64,000 nucleotides of DNA, from NCBI GenBank assembly GCA_048882045.1, contig JBHLRZ010000007.1:32001-96000 (forward strand). The letters are read 5' to 3'. The notes under the pieces were generated by a model. It did no database searches and was not told the DNA's origin. It worked only from the letters and a program-made list of their open reading frames with translations. This document shows positions 41,934 through 51,719 of this stretch, piece after piece. How positions within the stretch are numbered: position 1 is the first letter of the stretch; every line of letters starts with the position of its first letter. The position numbers and the translations under genes are program-made. This DNA comes from Candidatus Thorarchaeota archaeon (GTDB lineage Archaea > Asgardarchaeota > Thorarchaeia > Thorarchaeales > Thorarchaeaceae).

Positions 41934-44165
41934 CTAACTGTCACCACTACGAAGAAGGATTGTGAACAACCTACCGTCACATTTCCCAACACGACTGTAT
42001 TGTTCCATTTCGAATTCACCATTCAATGAAGTTGTCATCAGTTCTGCGGCAGTCAGGTTTAGAGTTCCACTGCCGTAATCGTCTTCTTCATCGATGGATT
42101 TCCCAGGAGCTAATATTGTTATCTGCCAGTAGGCCTCATTTGCTTTTCGAATGGATTCGAGGTCAATCGTAACAACCTCACCACGTAGTCTGCACTCCAA
42201 CGCACTGTATAGGATGTTCAAGAAGATGTGTACCAACAAATCATTAGCCATCACGATAGCTTGACTGGTTTCAGGTTTGAACTCAACCTTAAGCTCGTCC
42301 GTACCAACTCTCTGGGTGAAGGTATCGAGTGCAGACACAATCGTTGACACAATGTTGGTTGGTTCCAATCGAGTGGTATCAAGCTGGTCTGTTTCACTGA
42401 GTAGACGTACATTAGAAATCAATTGTTCCGAAAATGAGATAGCTGAGAAACCATCATCCGCTAATCTTTTTCTCTGTTCGTTTGACAAATCCTCAGAGCC
42501 TAGTAGCTCTAGTGTTGTCATTACCATCTGGTTGTAATTTGAAATATCGTGCATCAATATATCAGCATATAATCCTGCTCGTTTGTGGGATTCTTGTTCA
42601 TCACGAATAGCTCTGACATAGAGCCAGATCAAGAGTGGTGGTCCAATCAATAGTCCGACGAAGAGGAGAATTTCTGAAATCCACCATGCAGTTCTCCAAG
42701 TTTCATTGTAACTCTTCAATATATTTGGCAAAATCCACAAGCCTAAGTAGAATGCAACGACCATCTCCACAGGAGGTTTTCCTCTCGAATTCTCAGCTAG
42801 GAGAAAGATGAGATACGTAAGGGCGAACATGATCACAAGATTCAATCCAAGAAGTACTATCGCACCATACGGGCTGTACACTAGACCAGGTTCCGTGTTC
42901 AATACGATTTGATTTAGAAGCTCCCCAAGAACTACTAGTATCACAAAGAAAACTGTATGTACAGTATAATTAAGAAGTGAAGGACTTTCACGTCGGGGTC
43001 GAGGTTTCACAGTCCATCGAACAGTTATAATCAGTAAGGCCAGAGTAATTGCACTGCCAACAATTATAGGAGTCGTCAACTCACCACGAAGAGAAGGAAT
43101 AGGGAATGCAATTGCCAGTAGAATGGAGAGAAATCCCCAGAGAATGAATATCAGAATTAGAGGGACGTGATTCCATATTGGTTTTCGCTTGGGATAAAGA
43201 TACAGCAATATCGCCAACATCAAAGAAAGAGATGCGGCTCCGACGTGGATTATTGAATATGCCAGGAAATTAGATGATTCAATAATGAGATTGAGATTCA
43301 TCGTTTCAAGCAGGATTGTAAGCATGAAGGGGAGATATGCCATAAGAATAAGCCCGATAACAATACCATAGGCGATACCACGGTGATAGCCTGATCTTCT
43401 GAGGAATGGAACTCCAAACGCCACACAAAGCAAAAGGAAAGCCGCCATCTGAAGTGTTTCAGCATATTCCCAGTTCATAGATGGATCAGCGATATTCAGT
43501 ATTGTACTAACTGAGGCTACTAAAAGAAGAAGAACTGCACTGACCATATATCCTATGTTGACCGGGAAGAACTCCTTAGTGATTCGTGGAATCAGGAGAG
43601 CCGCGATGACGAAGCTGACAACAGAGATCCCTCCAAGCACCCAGCACATGTAAACGAGAACTTCTTGACTGAGCAAATGCAATGAATATTGCACGATTCC
43701 GTAAAATGCAGAGGGAATAACGACAGCAAGAGAAAAGAAGAATCGTTTTGGGATTCTCTGTTCCTCCGTTGAGAGTCTTTTCAATACACAAAGACTCGCA
43801 CCAACAATCAGAACTCCGAAGATTGCAAACTCAAGTAAATCACCAACAGTATTCTCCAGAGTCCGGATGATATCGATATTATTTGGGAGGGACCTGTTCT
43901 GTATCGCACTCCCAATATGCAAGATGATCGAGAATACCAGTGCAGAAAGGATGAGTATATTCGAACGGTGCGGTTTCCGTTGATATGCTAAAACGAGTAA
44001 AGCAGCAGCTATAGATATCCAGAACGCTTGAAGAGTGTGAACTGCTATTCTCGTAGATGGTCTATATGAAACGAGACCACCAGGACCAACCGCAAAGAAA
44101 GCTGCGAAGACTGCAAGTGGGACTAATACGAGAACCTTCACTGCATCTCTTCTCAGTCCTTGCAT
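41934..44165 (-). CDS. Multi-TM sensor with a HisKA domain and a degenerate HATPase domain
   Basis: About 14 TM segments, DILMHDISNYNQ H-box, eroded N/G boxes. Confidence 0.75.
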   Translation of the reverse strand: MQGLRRDAVKVLVLVPLAVFAAFFAVGPGGLVSYRPSTRIAVHTLQAFWISIAAALLVLAYQRKPHRSNILILSALVFSIILHIGSAIQNRSLPNNIDIIRTLENTVGDLLEFAIFGVLIVGASLCVLKRLSTEEQRIPKRFFFSLAVVIPSAFYGIVQYSLHLLSQEVLVYMCWVLGGISVVSFVIAALLIPRITKEFFPVNIGYMVSAVLLLLVASVSTILNIADPSMNWEYAETLQMAAFLLLCVAFGVPFLRRSGYHRGIAYGIVIGLILMAYLPFMLTILLETMNLNLIIESSNFLAYSIIHVGAASLSLMLAILLYLYPKRKPIWNHVPLILIFILWGFLSILLAIAFPIPSLRGELTTPIIVGSAITLALLIITVRWTVKPRPRRESPSLLNYTVHTVFFVILVVLGELLNQIVLNTEPGLVYSPYGAIVLLGLNLVIMFALTYLIFLLAENSRGKPPVEMVVAFYLGLWILPNILKSYNETWRTAWWISEILLFVGLLIGPPLLIWLYVRAIRDEQESHKRAGLYADILMHDISNYNQMVMTTLELLGSEDLSNEQRKRLADDGFSAISFSEQLISNVRLLSETDQLDTTRLEPTNIVSTIVSALDTFTQRVGTDELKVEFKPETSQAIVMANDLLVHIFLNILYSALECRLRGEVVTIDLESIRKANEAYWQITILAPGKSIDEEDDYGSGTLNLTAAELMTTSLNGEFEMEQYSRVGKCDGRLFTILLRSGDS

Positions 44166-44221
44166 TGTTACTCAATTCCAAGGCTTATTTAAACGCAGAT
44201 TACGTGAAAAGCGTTTCTTGG

Positions 44222-45460
44222 TCATAATGTTGATTCTGTAGCGATTTGTCGATAAAGAATTGATAGAAAGACTGTGAGAACAATAGAAATTGTCAACAGC
44301 CCCAGATAGACTGTATTCATCCCCAACATGAACAAGGGTTCGAATGCTGAAGGCACGATAGCAACGCCAAAGAATGATGCAGATGTGACAATCCCTGCAA
44401 GGACACCACGTCGTTCAGGTGAGATCACCTGACCAATCGTGATCATAAGTGGGAACAAGACACCTCCTGCCCATCCTACTAGAGCTAGACTGATCCCCAC
44501 AAGTAGAATCGAACTACCCGCCGTAATGTCTATCAGCAGGAGAGTAATGATAGACATGAAGAGAGTCACCAATCCAATGACAATTGAGATACCATATCCT
44601 ATAGATTTAACCATTCTACCTAACACCCCTCCAGCTGCTGCACCACAGATACCAGCGAACAGCAACAAAAGTCCGAGTAGTGTTGGATCCATGACTTCTG
44701 TCAGTCCACGAGAAGTCCATACCATTGTCCCAAGGTATGTCAGTGTGATGAAGAATGTGCTAGCCAGCATAAGGAGGACTAGAGGTTTTCTCAGCTCAAT
44801 ACGGAGGTTATTGATCAGAGCTTTGACACCAGTTTCGCCTTCTATTCTTCTCTCCGGACTCTTGGCCTTCAGAATTGCTATCAAACCAAAGAACATGATC
44901 ACAAGGACTAGTAAGTAATGATATTGCCAACCGATGGTAGCTATTTGTCCTGCAACGAATGGGCCTAATCCAACACCAAGTGATGCTAGACCAGAAGCGA
45001 TACCCATTCTCTTCGGAATGTCATTTGGAGCTGCGCAGTCTGATAGTAAAGCCAGAATGACTGGATTGACGAATCCAAAACCAATCCCTGCTACAAGATT
45101 TCCCAAAGCGAAAATCTCTATTGAAGTTGCAAAAGAGATCAGAAAAAGTCCTGCGATGAAACCAACAAGCCCTCCTGCTATCACCTTGGTCCTTCCATAG
45201 ATGTCTGATATAGCTCCAGCAAACAACTGAAAGGTCGCAAATGGAATCATGAACGCAGGAAGTGCAATCAAGACTGCAGTTGCGTTCACTGAAAAATCAG
45301 AGGAAATAGCTTCGAGAAGAGTCAATACAGCATTTCCTACAAAGGGTCCTAATCCAAACAGGATATAGGAAGTGGTTTCTATGAACCTGAAAGACTTGGG
45401 AGTTTTAGATGGTTCTACTGTTTGCCCATTCATTAGTTTCTGACCACGTTTGAAATTCAT
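44222..45460 (-). CDS. MFS transporter
   Basis: GAISDIYGRTK motif A, 12 TM segments. Confidence 0.9.
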   Translation of the reverse strand: MNFKRGQKLMNGQTVEPSKTPKSFRFIETTSYILFGLGPFVGNAVLTLLEAISSDFSVNATAVLIALPAFMIPFATFQLFAGAISDIYGRTKVIAGGLVGFIAGLFLISFATSIEIFALGNLVAGIGFGFVNPVILALLSDCAAPNDIPKRMGIASGLASLGVGLGPFVAGQIATIGWQYHYLLVLVIMFFGLIAILKAKSPERRIEGETGVKALINNLRIELRKPLVLLMLASTFFITLTYLGTMVWTSRGLTEVMDPTLLGLLLLFAGICGAAAGGVLGRMVKSIGYGISIVIGLVTLFMSIITLLLIDITAGSSILLVGISLALVGWAGGVLFPLMITIGQVISPERRGVLAGIVTSASFFGVAIVPSAFEPLFMLGMNTVYLGLLTISIVLTVFLSILYRQIATESTL

Positions 45461-45609
45461 TAACCATAGTTAAATACTTGGGTCTGCATAAGACCGAATA
45501 GCCTATCAGTAGGCTTTTCCAATGCACTCAATTGCGTGTGAGAGGTGTATCCTATTCTGCATGTAAGTGCTCATTTCGTATTCATAGCGTTCATTCTCTC
45601 AGGGCAGTC

Positions 45610-45870
45610 CTATTCTTCTAGCAGCCTGTTGATTTCGTCTACTTTCATCTCAAGTCCTGATAATCTCTCTCCCAGGTTCTCCATCTTTGCCCTCATCTCA
45701 GCTCCCATTTCTCCTCCCGGATCTTGTTTCATAATAGTTCCAGTGAGGACAAGGGTCAATACGATGACTGGTATGGAAAATCCAGCATAATCCCCGAAAT
45801 AGCTAAGGACACCGATGATGATAGCACTTCCTATCCAGACACCAGCTATCGCTGTTCCTCTATAATCCAT
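45610..45870 (-). CDS. Small two-TM protein with a C-terminal coiled coil
   Basis: Overlaps the ArsR stop; ends KVDEINRLLEE. Confidence 0.7.
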   Translation of the reverse strand: MDYRGTAIAGVWIGSAIIIGVLSYFGDYAGFSIPVIVLTLVLTGTIMKQDPGGEMGAEMRAKMENLGERLSGLEMKVDEINRLLEE

Positions 45871-46174
45871 TCATTTCTTTTCTCCTTTTTAATTCACTAG
45901 GTGATATTTCGATGTGGAATTCCTTCAGCTTGTAGTATCTCAGGGCTCTGGCTTCGTCTTCTAGAAGTACGGTTCTTGTTTCGACTAGATCTGCTTTGTG
46001 GAGTTTGTTAAGGTGAACCTTGGCGAGTGCTCTGCTTATACCGACCTCCTTAGCTATTTCGCTGAGATATTTCTCACCATCTATCAGGGAGGCGAGTATC
46101 TTGAGTCGATGCTCGTGTCCCAACGCTCTCAGCTTTTCTATGAGGTCTGTGTATTCCACATTCTTCACCGACAA
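45860..46174 (-). CDS. ArsR-family regulator
   Basis: LRALGHEHRLKIL...YLSEIAKEVGISRALAKVHLNKL. Confidence 0.88.
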   Translation of the reverse strand: MSVKNVEYTDLIEKLRALGHEHRLKILASLIDGEKYLSEIAKEVGISRALAKVHLNKLHKADLVETRTVLLEDEARALRYYKLKEFHIEISPSELKRRKEMNGL

Positions 46175-46198
46175 TTACATGTAATTAAAATATTACAT
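46173..46198. promoter_or_regulatory. Palindromic operator over the ArsR start codon
   Basis: AATTACATGTAATT (46173-46186) overlapping ATGTAA-N8-TTACAT (46179-46198). Confidence 0.6.
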
Positions 46199-46379
46199 AT
46201 AAGTGTCATTAACTCAGCAATGGATTCCTTCTTCAAGGCAACAGTAGTCTTCTAACTTGGAGTTAATTCCCAGGGCTACAATCTATCCATATGATCGATA
46301 GGAAGGATTAAATAATACACAATTGTTAAGATTGGGACCGCTTTTGAGCGGTTGAAATAAGGAGAGTAAGAGAAAATAG

Positions 46380-48314
46380 ATGATTTCAGCAAAAGCTAGG
46401 AAAGCATCAACAACTCTGGGAATAGTTTTAGTCATCCTCCTGCCCTTGAGCGCACAGCTTGTTGCTGTTCAGGCAGCACCACCAGTGCCGATTGGGCTTC
46501 TTGATCCAACAACGATTCCCAAGTTTGTAAATCAATTGAACGGACCTCCGCCTGTCTATGAAACGACAGATGTTCTGGATTCAAGCGGAAACCTAGTAAA
46601 ACAGACAGCGATAGTGGATATGACTGAATTTTATCAACAAGTTTTGCCTTTGCCTTTTCCTCAGACACCAGTCTGGGGTTATGGAGGCCTAGCGCATGAT
46701 GCGCTTACAGGCAATTTCTTGGGATATGTGCATAATCAACCAGGACCAACATTCGAGGCAATTCGTGGTATTCCAATAGAAGTTGAATACCAAAACAAAA
46801 TCGTTTCACCTCATATGTTTCCAGTAGACCCTACATTGCACTGGGCCAATCCAAACAATGTTCCCATGGGCACCTATGTGCCTCCATTTACGCCATATCC
46901 TCCAGGGTATACCGAAGCCCAATCGCCTGTGCCTTTAGTTCCTCATCTTCATGGAGGTGAGGTACAGTCAACTTCAGATGGTCATCCGGAGGCATGGTTC
47001 ACAGCCTCAGGTATTCATGGACCAGAATATAATACAGAAAGCCCAACAGCCGACTCATCAGCAATCTTCAACTATCCCAACGCGCAGCCTGCGACAACCC
47101 TTTGGTATCATGATCATGCTCTTGGAATCACGAGAATTAATGTAATGTCCGGTCTTGCAGGGTTCTATCTCCTCCGCGACCCAAATGATGCCATTGCACC
47201 ATTACTTCCTGCAGGGAAATATGAAATGCCACTGGTGCTTCAAGATCGAACTTTCAATGCAGACGGCAGTTTCTGGTTCCCAGAAGTCGGTGTGGATCCT
47301 AATGTGCATCCATACTGGCAACCTGAATTCTTTGGCAATGTAATTATGGTTAACGGACTGGCATGGCCTAACATGAATGTAGACCAAGGACAATATCGGT
47401 TCCGCCTTCTAGATGGATCCAATGCGCGTTTCTACACACTCAAATTTTGGGTTCCCTCTTTGGACCTATTCCTACCATTCACTCAGATTGGAAGTGATGG
47501 AGGATATCTTCAGACTGCAGCAGCACTGACCGAGTTGACAATTGCTCCGGGTGAACGAGCAGATGTTCTTGTTGATTTCTCGGGATTACCCACAGGGACC
47601 AAAGTGATTTTGAAAAACACTGCAAAGACTCCTTTTCCCAAAGGAACTCCAGCAGATCCTAAAACAGTTGGTCAATGCATGCAATTTACTGTAGGTCCTA
47701 GCCCAGGTCCAGCTCCCGCGGTCCTACCTCCATTATTGAATCCTACCCTTTCAGGAGTTTATCCTACCCTGCCACTCACCAATTTACAGCGCACACTTGC
47801 ATTATTTGAAGTGATGGGACCTTTAGGTCCATTAATGGTCACTTTAAATGGACAGCTATGGTCTGGAGTTATTACCGAAACTCCTACTTTAGGGACGACG
47901 GAAGAGTGGGTAATTGTGAATCCAACAGCGGATGCACACCCCATACACCTACACTTGACGCAATTCCAAGTGATTAGCCGGCAAAACATGCAAACTGCTA
48001 AATACGCTGCGGATTGGATGGCTCTAAATGGTATGCCACCGTTGCCTGAAGATGCGGTGCCCACGGAAATTCCAATTGGACCATACCTCAATGGCCAACC
48101 TTATGCACCACCATTGAATGAGCAAGGATGGAAAGACACAATACAAGTGTATCCAGGTCAGGTAACAATTATTCGCGTCAGGTTCGCACCCATTGATGGG
48201 AGCCCTGCTTATCCGTTTGATGCGACATCTGGACCCGGGTATGTTTGGCATTGCCATATCCTAGACCATGAAGACAATGAGATGATGCGGCCATACATCG
48301 TCATAAATCCCTAA
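46380..48314 (+). CDS. Secreted multicopper oxidase (CotA/bilirubin oxidase-like)
   Basis: Signal peptide; HLHG, WYHDH, HPIHLH, WHCHILDHEDNEMM. Confidence 0.95.
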   Translation: MISAKARKASTTLGIVLVILLPLSAQLVAVQAAPPVPIGLLDPTTIPKFVNQLNGPPPVYETTDVLDSSGNLVKQTAIVDMTEFYQQVLPLPFPQTPVWGYGGLAHDALTGNFLGYVHNQPGPTFEAIRGIPIEVEYQNKIVSPHMFPVDPTLHWANPNNVPMGTYVPPFTPYPPGYTEAQSPVPLVPHLHGGEVQSTSDGHPEAWFTASGIHGPEYNTESPTADSSAIFNYPNAQPATTLWYHDHALGITRINVMSGLAGFYLLRDPNDAIAPLLPAGKYEMPLVLQDRTFNADGSFWFPEVGVDPNVHPYWQPEFFGNVIMVNGLAWPNMNVDQGQYRFRLLDGSNARFYTLKFWVPSLDLFLPFTQIGSDGGYLQTAAALTELTIAPGERADVLVDFSGLPTGTKVILKNTAKTPFPKGTPADPKTVGQCMQFTVGPSPGPAPAVLPPLLNPTLSGVYPTLPLTNLQRTLALFEVMGPLGPLMVTLNGQLWSGVITETPTLGTTEEWVIVNPTADAHPIHLHLTQFQVISRQNMQTAKYAADWMALNGMPPLPEDAVPTEIPIGPYLNGQPYAPPLNEQGWKDTIQVYPGQVTIIRVRFAPIDGSPAYPFDATSGPGYVWHCHILDHEDNEMMRPYIVINP

Positions 48315-48321
48315 CATCACC

Positions 48322-48373
48322 TTTCTTTTTAGCTGGAGTGGAGGGGAGATTAAACCCCTCCAATCTTTTCTTT
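48322..48373 (+). terminator. Hairpin with flanking T-tracts after the multicopper oxidase
   Basis: GGAGGGG-N8-CCCCTCC flanked by TTTCTTTTT and TCTTTTCTTT. Confidence 0.6.
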
Positions 48374-48541
48374 ATACAATTCGAAGATTGATGCCTTTTC
48401 CCTCTTGAGGAACCGGAGCCTTTCTCTGAGGAGAAACAGTTTGTAGAGATGGAAAATCTCTAGTGCCCACAAACGGGGGTACCAACGAGCTTATCTGAAA
48501 CCTCTACATTTGTCATCCGTTCAGTGTAAGAGGTTAGGAGT

Positions 48542-51500
48542 GTGTACAAGCACTACGAGTCTTCCGACAAGATATTCGTAGATAGAGAAGAGTACATTGA
48601 ATGGATGGACAATGCGCTCAAGAGATGCAAAGATAAGAGTGTCGTGATGCATCTTCATGGCATTGGAGGAATTGGCAAAAGCTCGTTGTTAGACTATTGG
48701 ACAAGCACAATCGAGTCCACAATAAGACTGGACTGCGAGCAGTATTCTGATTTCTACGACAGACTCAATGTCCTCGCTAAGGGTGCAGTCTATCTCGGAG
48801 TCAAGTTGGAGCGGTTTGATGTCTTATGGCAAATACGCCAGCGTTTTGTGGAAGGAGTGGAACCTGTACGGGAGGAGGGTCGAGAGTGGGCTAAGGAGGT
48901 GGTAATGGCTATTCCTTTCATAGGGTCTCTCGCAAGTATTGGATCTGCAATCAGTGCAGTGGGAACCAAAGTTACACCGAAGTTGAAAGGTAAATATGGG
49001 ACAGTGGGTAAATGGTTACAAGAAACACTTGGTAAGAATCATATCGAACAGCTTCTTCAGATTCTTTGGAAAGATCCTCGACGTGCTGAGTTCTTGTATT
49101 TGGATGCGCTCCTCGAGGATATCAATAACAGAAAGAACTCAGACCAAGCGATTCTTTTCTTGATGGACCATTTCGAATATGTTGACAGTGAAAAGCATCG
49201 GTGGCGATATGGCGGTAAAAACATTACAGAAAATGAGCTCTGGCGTGTCTTTCTGTGTTCTCTCTCCAACTGCGTGGGAATTATGGCCAGCAGGAAAGGT
49301 GTCGATGGTCATGCAAAGCAGGAAGTTGAGGAGTCCGAGCTCTTAGAACTTGATAGGGATAGCTGCATTGAACTCATGAATCTGAATGAGATTACAGATT
49401 CCGAGCTCCAAGAAGAAATTGTGAGTGTGAGTGGAGGCAATCCATTCGTCATTGGGACACTATGCGACATGGCTGAATCTGGTTCACTTACTCCTGAATC
49501 TGTCGAGAGTTTCCGTTCAGATACACTTGAAGGTGTTCGATTGAAGACATGGAGGAGACTGTTCAATCATGTTCAAGATCTTCAAGAGCTAGTAAATAGA
49601 GCAGGTTTACTCCCATATTTCAACCGAAATGTCATGAATACTATAGCTCCGACCATGAATACAGATCAATGGTCAAGAATGCTAAATCTCAGCTATATCA
49701 AGGATAGAGGTGACGGGAATCATGTAATGCACGAGCTAGCTAGAAACCTCGTGGTTGCAGAGCTTGGTGACCGGTTTCACAAATTAGCAAACGAAGTCGC
49801 TGAACTCCTTGAGAAGGATGCTGAAGAGCAAGAGGACATGAAACTACTTGGGCTTTCTATTTCCGTGAAAGGTCTCGATTCTCCTGAATCAGCCTTACAG
49901 AGTCTAATTGATATTACTGACAAACATAGTTGGAGGGGGCAATTTCGATCAGCCGTAGAATTACTTGACTCAGTTAGTTTTGCCAATCTGAAGGATCAAA
50001 CAATCGTTTCTTTGATGAAGACTCACCACCTTAATGGTCTGGATAGAATTGCAGAGGCGGAACATCTGTTAAAAGAAGCGATTGTTGTGTTAGAGACGCT
50101 TGTAGAGCAAGACCCGAAAAACAACAGGATCTATCTAGTTCAATATTATAGAGCTTATGGTTGGTTGTTACAAAGGCTTGGACAGCCAGTTGAAGCTGAA
50201 GCAATGTATGAAAAAGCCCTTGAAATAGCAAAAGAAACAGATACCTTGAGTCTATGGAAAAATACCTATGCCTTCAGCATATTCTCATTTTATAGTGTAT
50301 TCTTAATGGACTTGTATCGATTGAATAAAGCAGCAGAGCTCTTACAAATGGCTCTGAGAATAATAGAGCAAGTGAAGGTTCCGGTAGAAGACCAGAATTA
50401 CCGTGTGTTTCATCTGAATTTTCTTGGTATGACATTTCTGAAGTCGGGAAGACTGGATGAGGCTGAAACGGTCTTTAGGGATATGCTTGATATCAAAACT
50501 ATAGATGTTAATCTGTTGAATAGTACTAATGGTCTTGGAGAGATTTTGAAACGGACCTCAAGACTTCTTGAAGCCGAAGAGGTCTATCGTCAAGGTTTGG
50601 AAACAACTCGGAGATTGTCAAATCAAGAAGAAGATAGTGCGTTTCTCAAAAATTTTGTGTCAGGATATCTCAGACTTAATGCAGTGATATTTAGATTCAA
50701 TGGTAAATACATAGATGCAGAAAAGAAATACAAAGAATCTTTACAAATAGCTAGAGAATGTGTTTCTAAACAACCTGAGCTCTATCTATTTCCTCTCTCT
50801 TTGGTGCTTAATGATTTTGGAGTTTTTTGTTATGAGATGGGTCAATACTCCAAAGCAAAAGAATTCTATGAGGAGGCTATAGAGAACTACGAACAACTAG
50901 CACAAGATTGGCCTGATCGCAACGAGAAGTATCTAGCTATGGTATTGAATAATCATTCAATCCTCCTACGTGAAACTGGTAAGTCGAGTGAAGCTCGCAA
51001 ATCCTATCGTAGAGCAATTGGTATCACTCGAGAACTGGTTCGGAAATACCCAGAACCTATATTCCATTCATTGCTCCTGGGAAATCTATTGAACAATCTA
51101 GGAGTCTTACATAGGAGAATGAATGAAAATATCGAAGCAGAAGAAGCCCTACGTGAGGCTCTTGAAGTTCGAGAAATCTTGACTGAGAAGTCTCCTGATG
51201 CTTTTCTCAATAGTGTTGCTACAACCCTCAATAATCTTGGAGTTGTACTATCTGTAACGAAAAGGTTGCCAGAGGCTAAGGAAATATCTGAAAGAGGATT
51301 AGAAATTCGGAGATCACTAGTCAAGAAATCACCAGAAATGCACAATTGTCGTTTGGGGTTTGCCCTGAACAATCTAGGTAACATCTACAAACTGTCTGAT
51401 GGGCAATCGAAAGCCAAGAGCTGCTATGAAGAAGCTCTCGAAATCATGGAGATGTTGGTTGAGAGAAACCCTGAAGTGTATGAACGATATTTCAAGGTGA

Positions 51501-51652
51501 TTCTATCCAACCTTATTCTCTATCATAGTCAACAAGAAGAAGATGAGAGTGTAGAAATCATTAGAAGAAGACTTGATGAGCTCGGAACCAGAGAGGCCCA
51601 TAAGCAAGAAATATGGCTAGATGAAGAGGACACTGAAGCAGATCCATTCTAA
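48542..51652 (+). CDS. STAND/NB-ARC-like NTPase with TPR repeats (NLR-like), copy 1
   Basis: FVDRE, GIGGIGKS, FLMDHFE, GGNPF, MHEL; TPR repeats LNNLG; acidic tail. Confidence 0.85.
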   Translation: MYKHYESSDKIFVDREEYIEWMDNALKRCKDKSVVMHLHGIGGIGKSSLLDYWTSTIESTIRLDCEQYSDFYDRLNVLAKGAVYLGVKLERFDVLWQIRQRFVEGVEPVREEGREWAKEVVMAIPFIGSLASIGSAISAVGTKVTPKLKGKYGTVGKWLQETLGKNHIEQLLQILWKDPRRAEFLYLDALLEDINNRKNSDQAILFLMDHFEYVDSEKHRWRYGGKNITENELWRVFLCSLSNCVGIMASRKGVDGHAKQEVEESELLELDRDSCIELMNLNEITDSELQEEIVSVSGGNPFVIGTLCDMAESGSLTPESVESFRSDTLEGVRLKTWRRLFNHVQDLQELVNRAGLLPYFNRNVMNTIAPTMNTDQWSRMLNLSYIKDRGDGNHVMHELARNLVVAELGDRFHKLANEVAELLEKDAEEQEDMKLLGLSISVKGLDSPESALQSLIDITDKHSWRGQFRSAVELLDSVSFANLKDQTIVSLMKTHHLNGLDRIAEAEHLLKEAIVVLETLVEQDPKNNRIYLVQYYRAYGWLLQRLGQPVEAEAMYEKALEIAKETDTLSLWKNTYAFSIFSFYSVFLMDLYRLNKAAELLQMALRIIEQVKVPVEDQNYRVFHLNFLGMTFLKSGRLDEAETVFRDMLDIKTIDVNLLNSTNGLGEILKRTSRLLEAEEVYRQGLETTRRLSNQEEDSAFLKNFVSGYLRLNAVIFRFNGKYIDAEKKYKESLQIARECVSKQPELYLFPLSLVLNDFGVFCYEMGQYSKAKEFYEEAIENYEQLAQDWPDRNEKYLAMVLNNHSILLRETGKSSEARKSYRRAIGITRELVRKYPEPIFHSLLLGNLLNNLGVLHRRMNENIEAEEALREALEVREILTEKSPDAFLNSVATTLNNLGVVLSVTKRLPEAKEISERGLEIRRSLVKKSPEMHNCRLGFALNNLGNIYKLSDGQSKAKSCYEEALEIMEMLVERNPEVYERYFKVILSNLILYHSQQEEDESVEIIRRRLDELGTREAHKQEIWLDEEDTEADPF

Positions 51653-51719
51653 ATAGGCTGACCGACTAGCTTATCTGTTGCAATCACCATGGCTCACCAC
51701 TGCGTGTGAGGTCAGGAGT

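Noticed and set aside
46280-46301. AATCTATC...GATCGATAG upstream of the multicopper oxidase as a regulon box
   Set aside because: Degenerate, with 13-bp rather than 14-bp spacing; insufficient evidence
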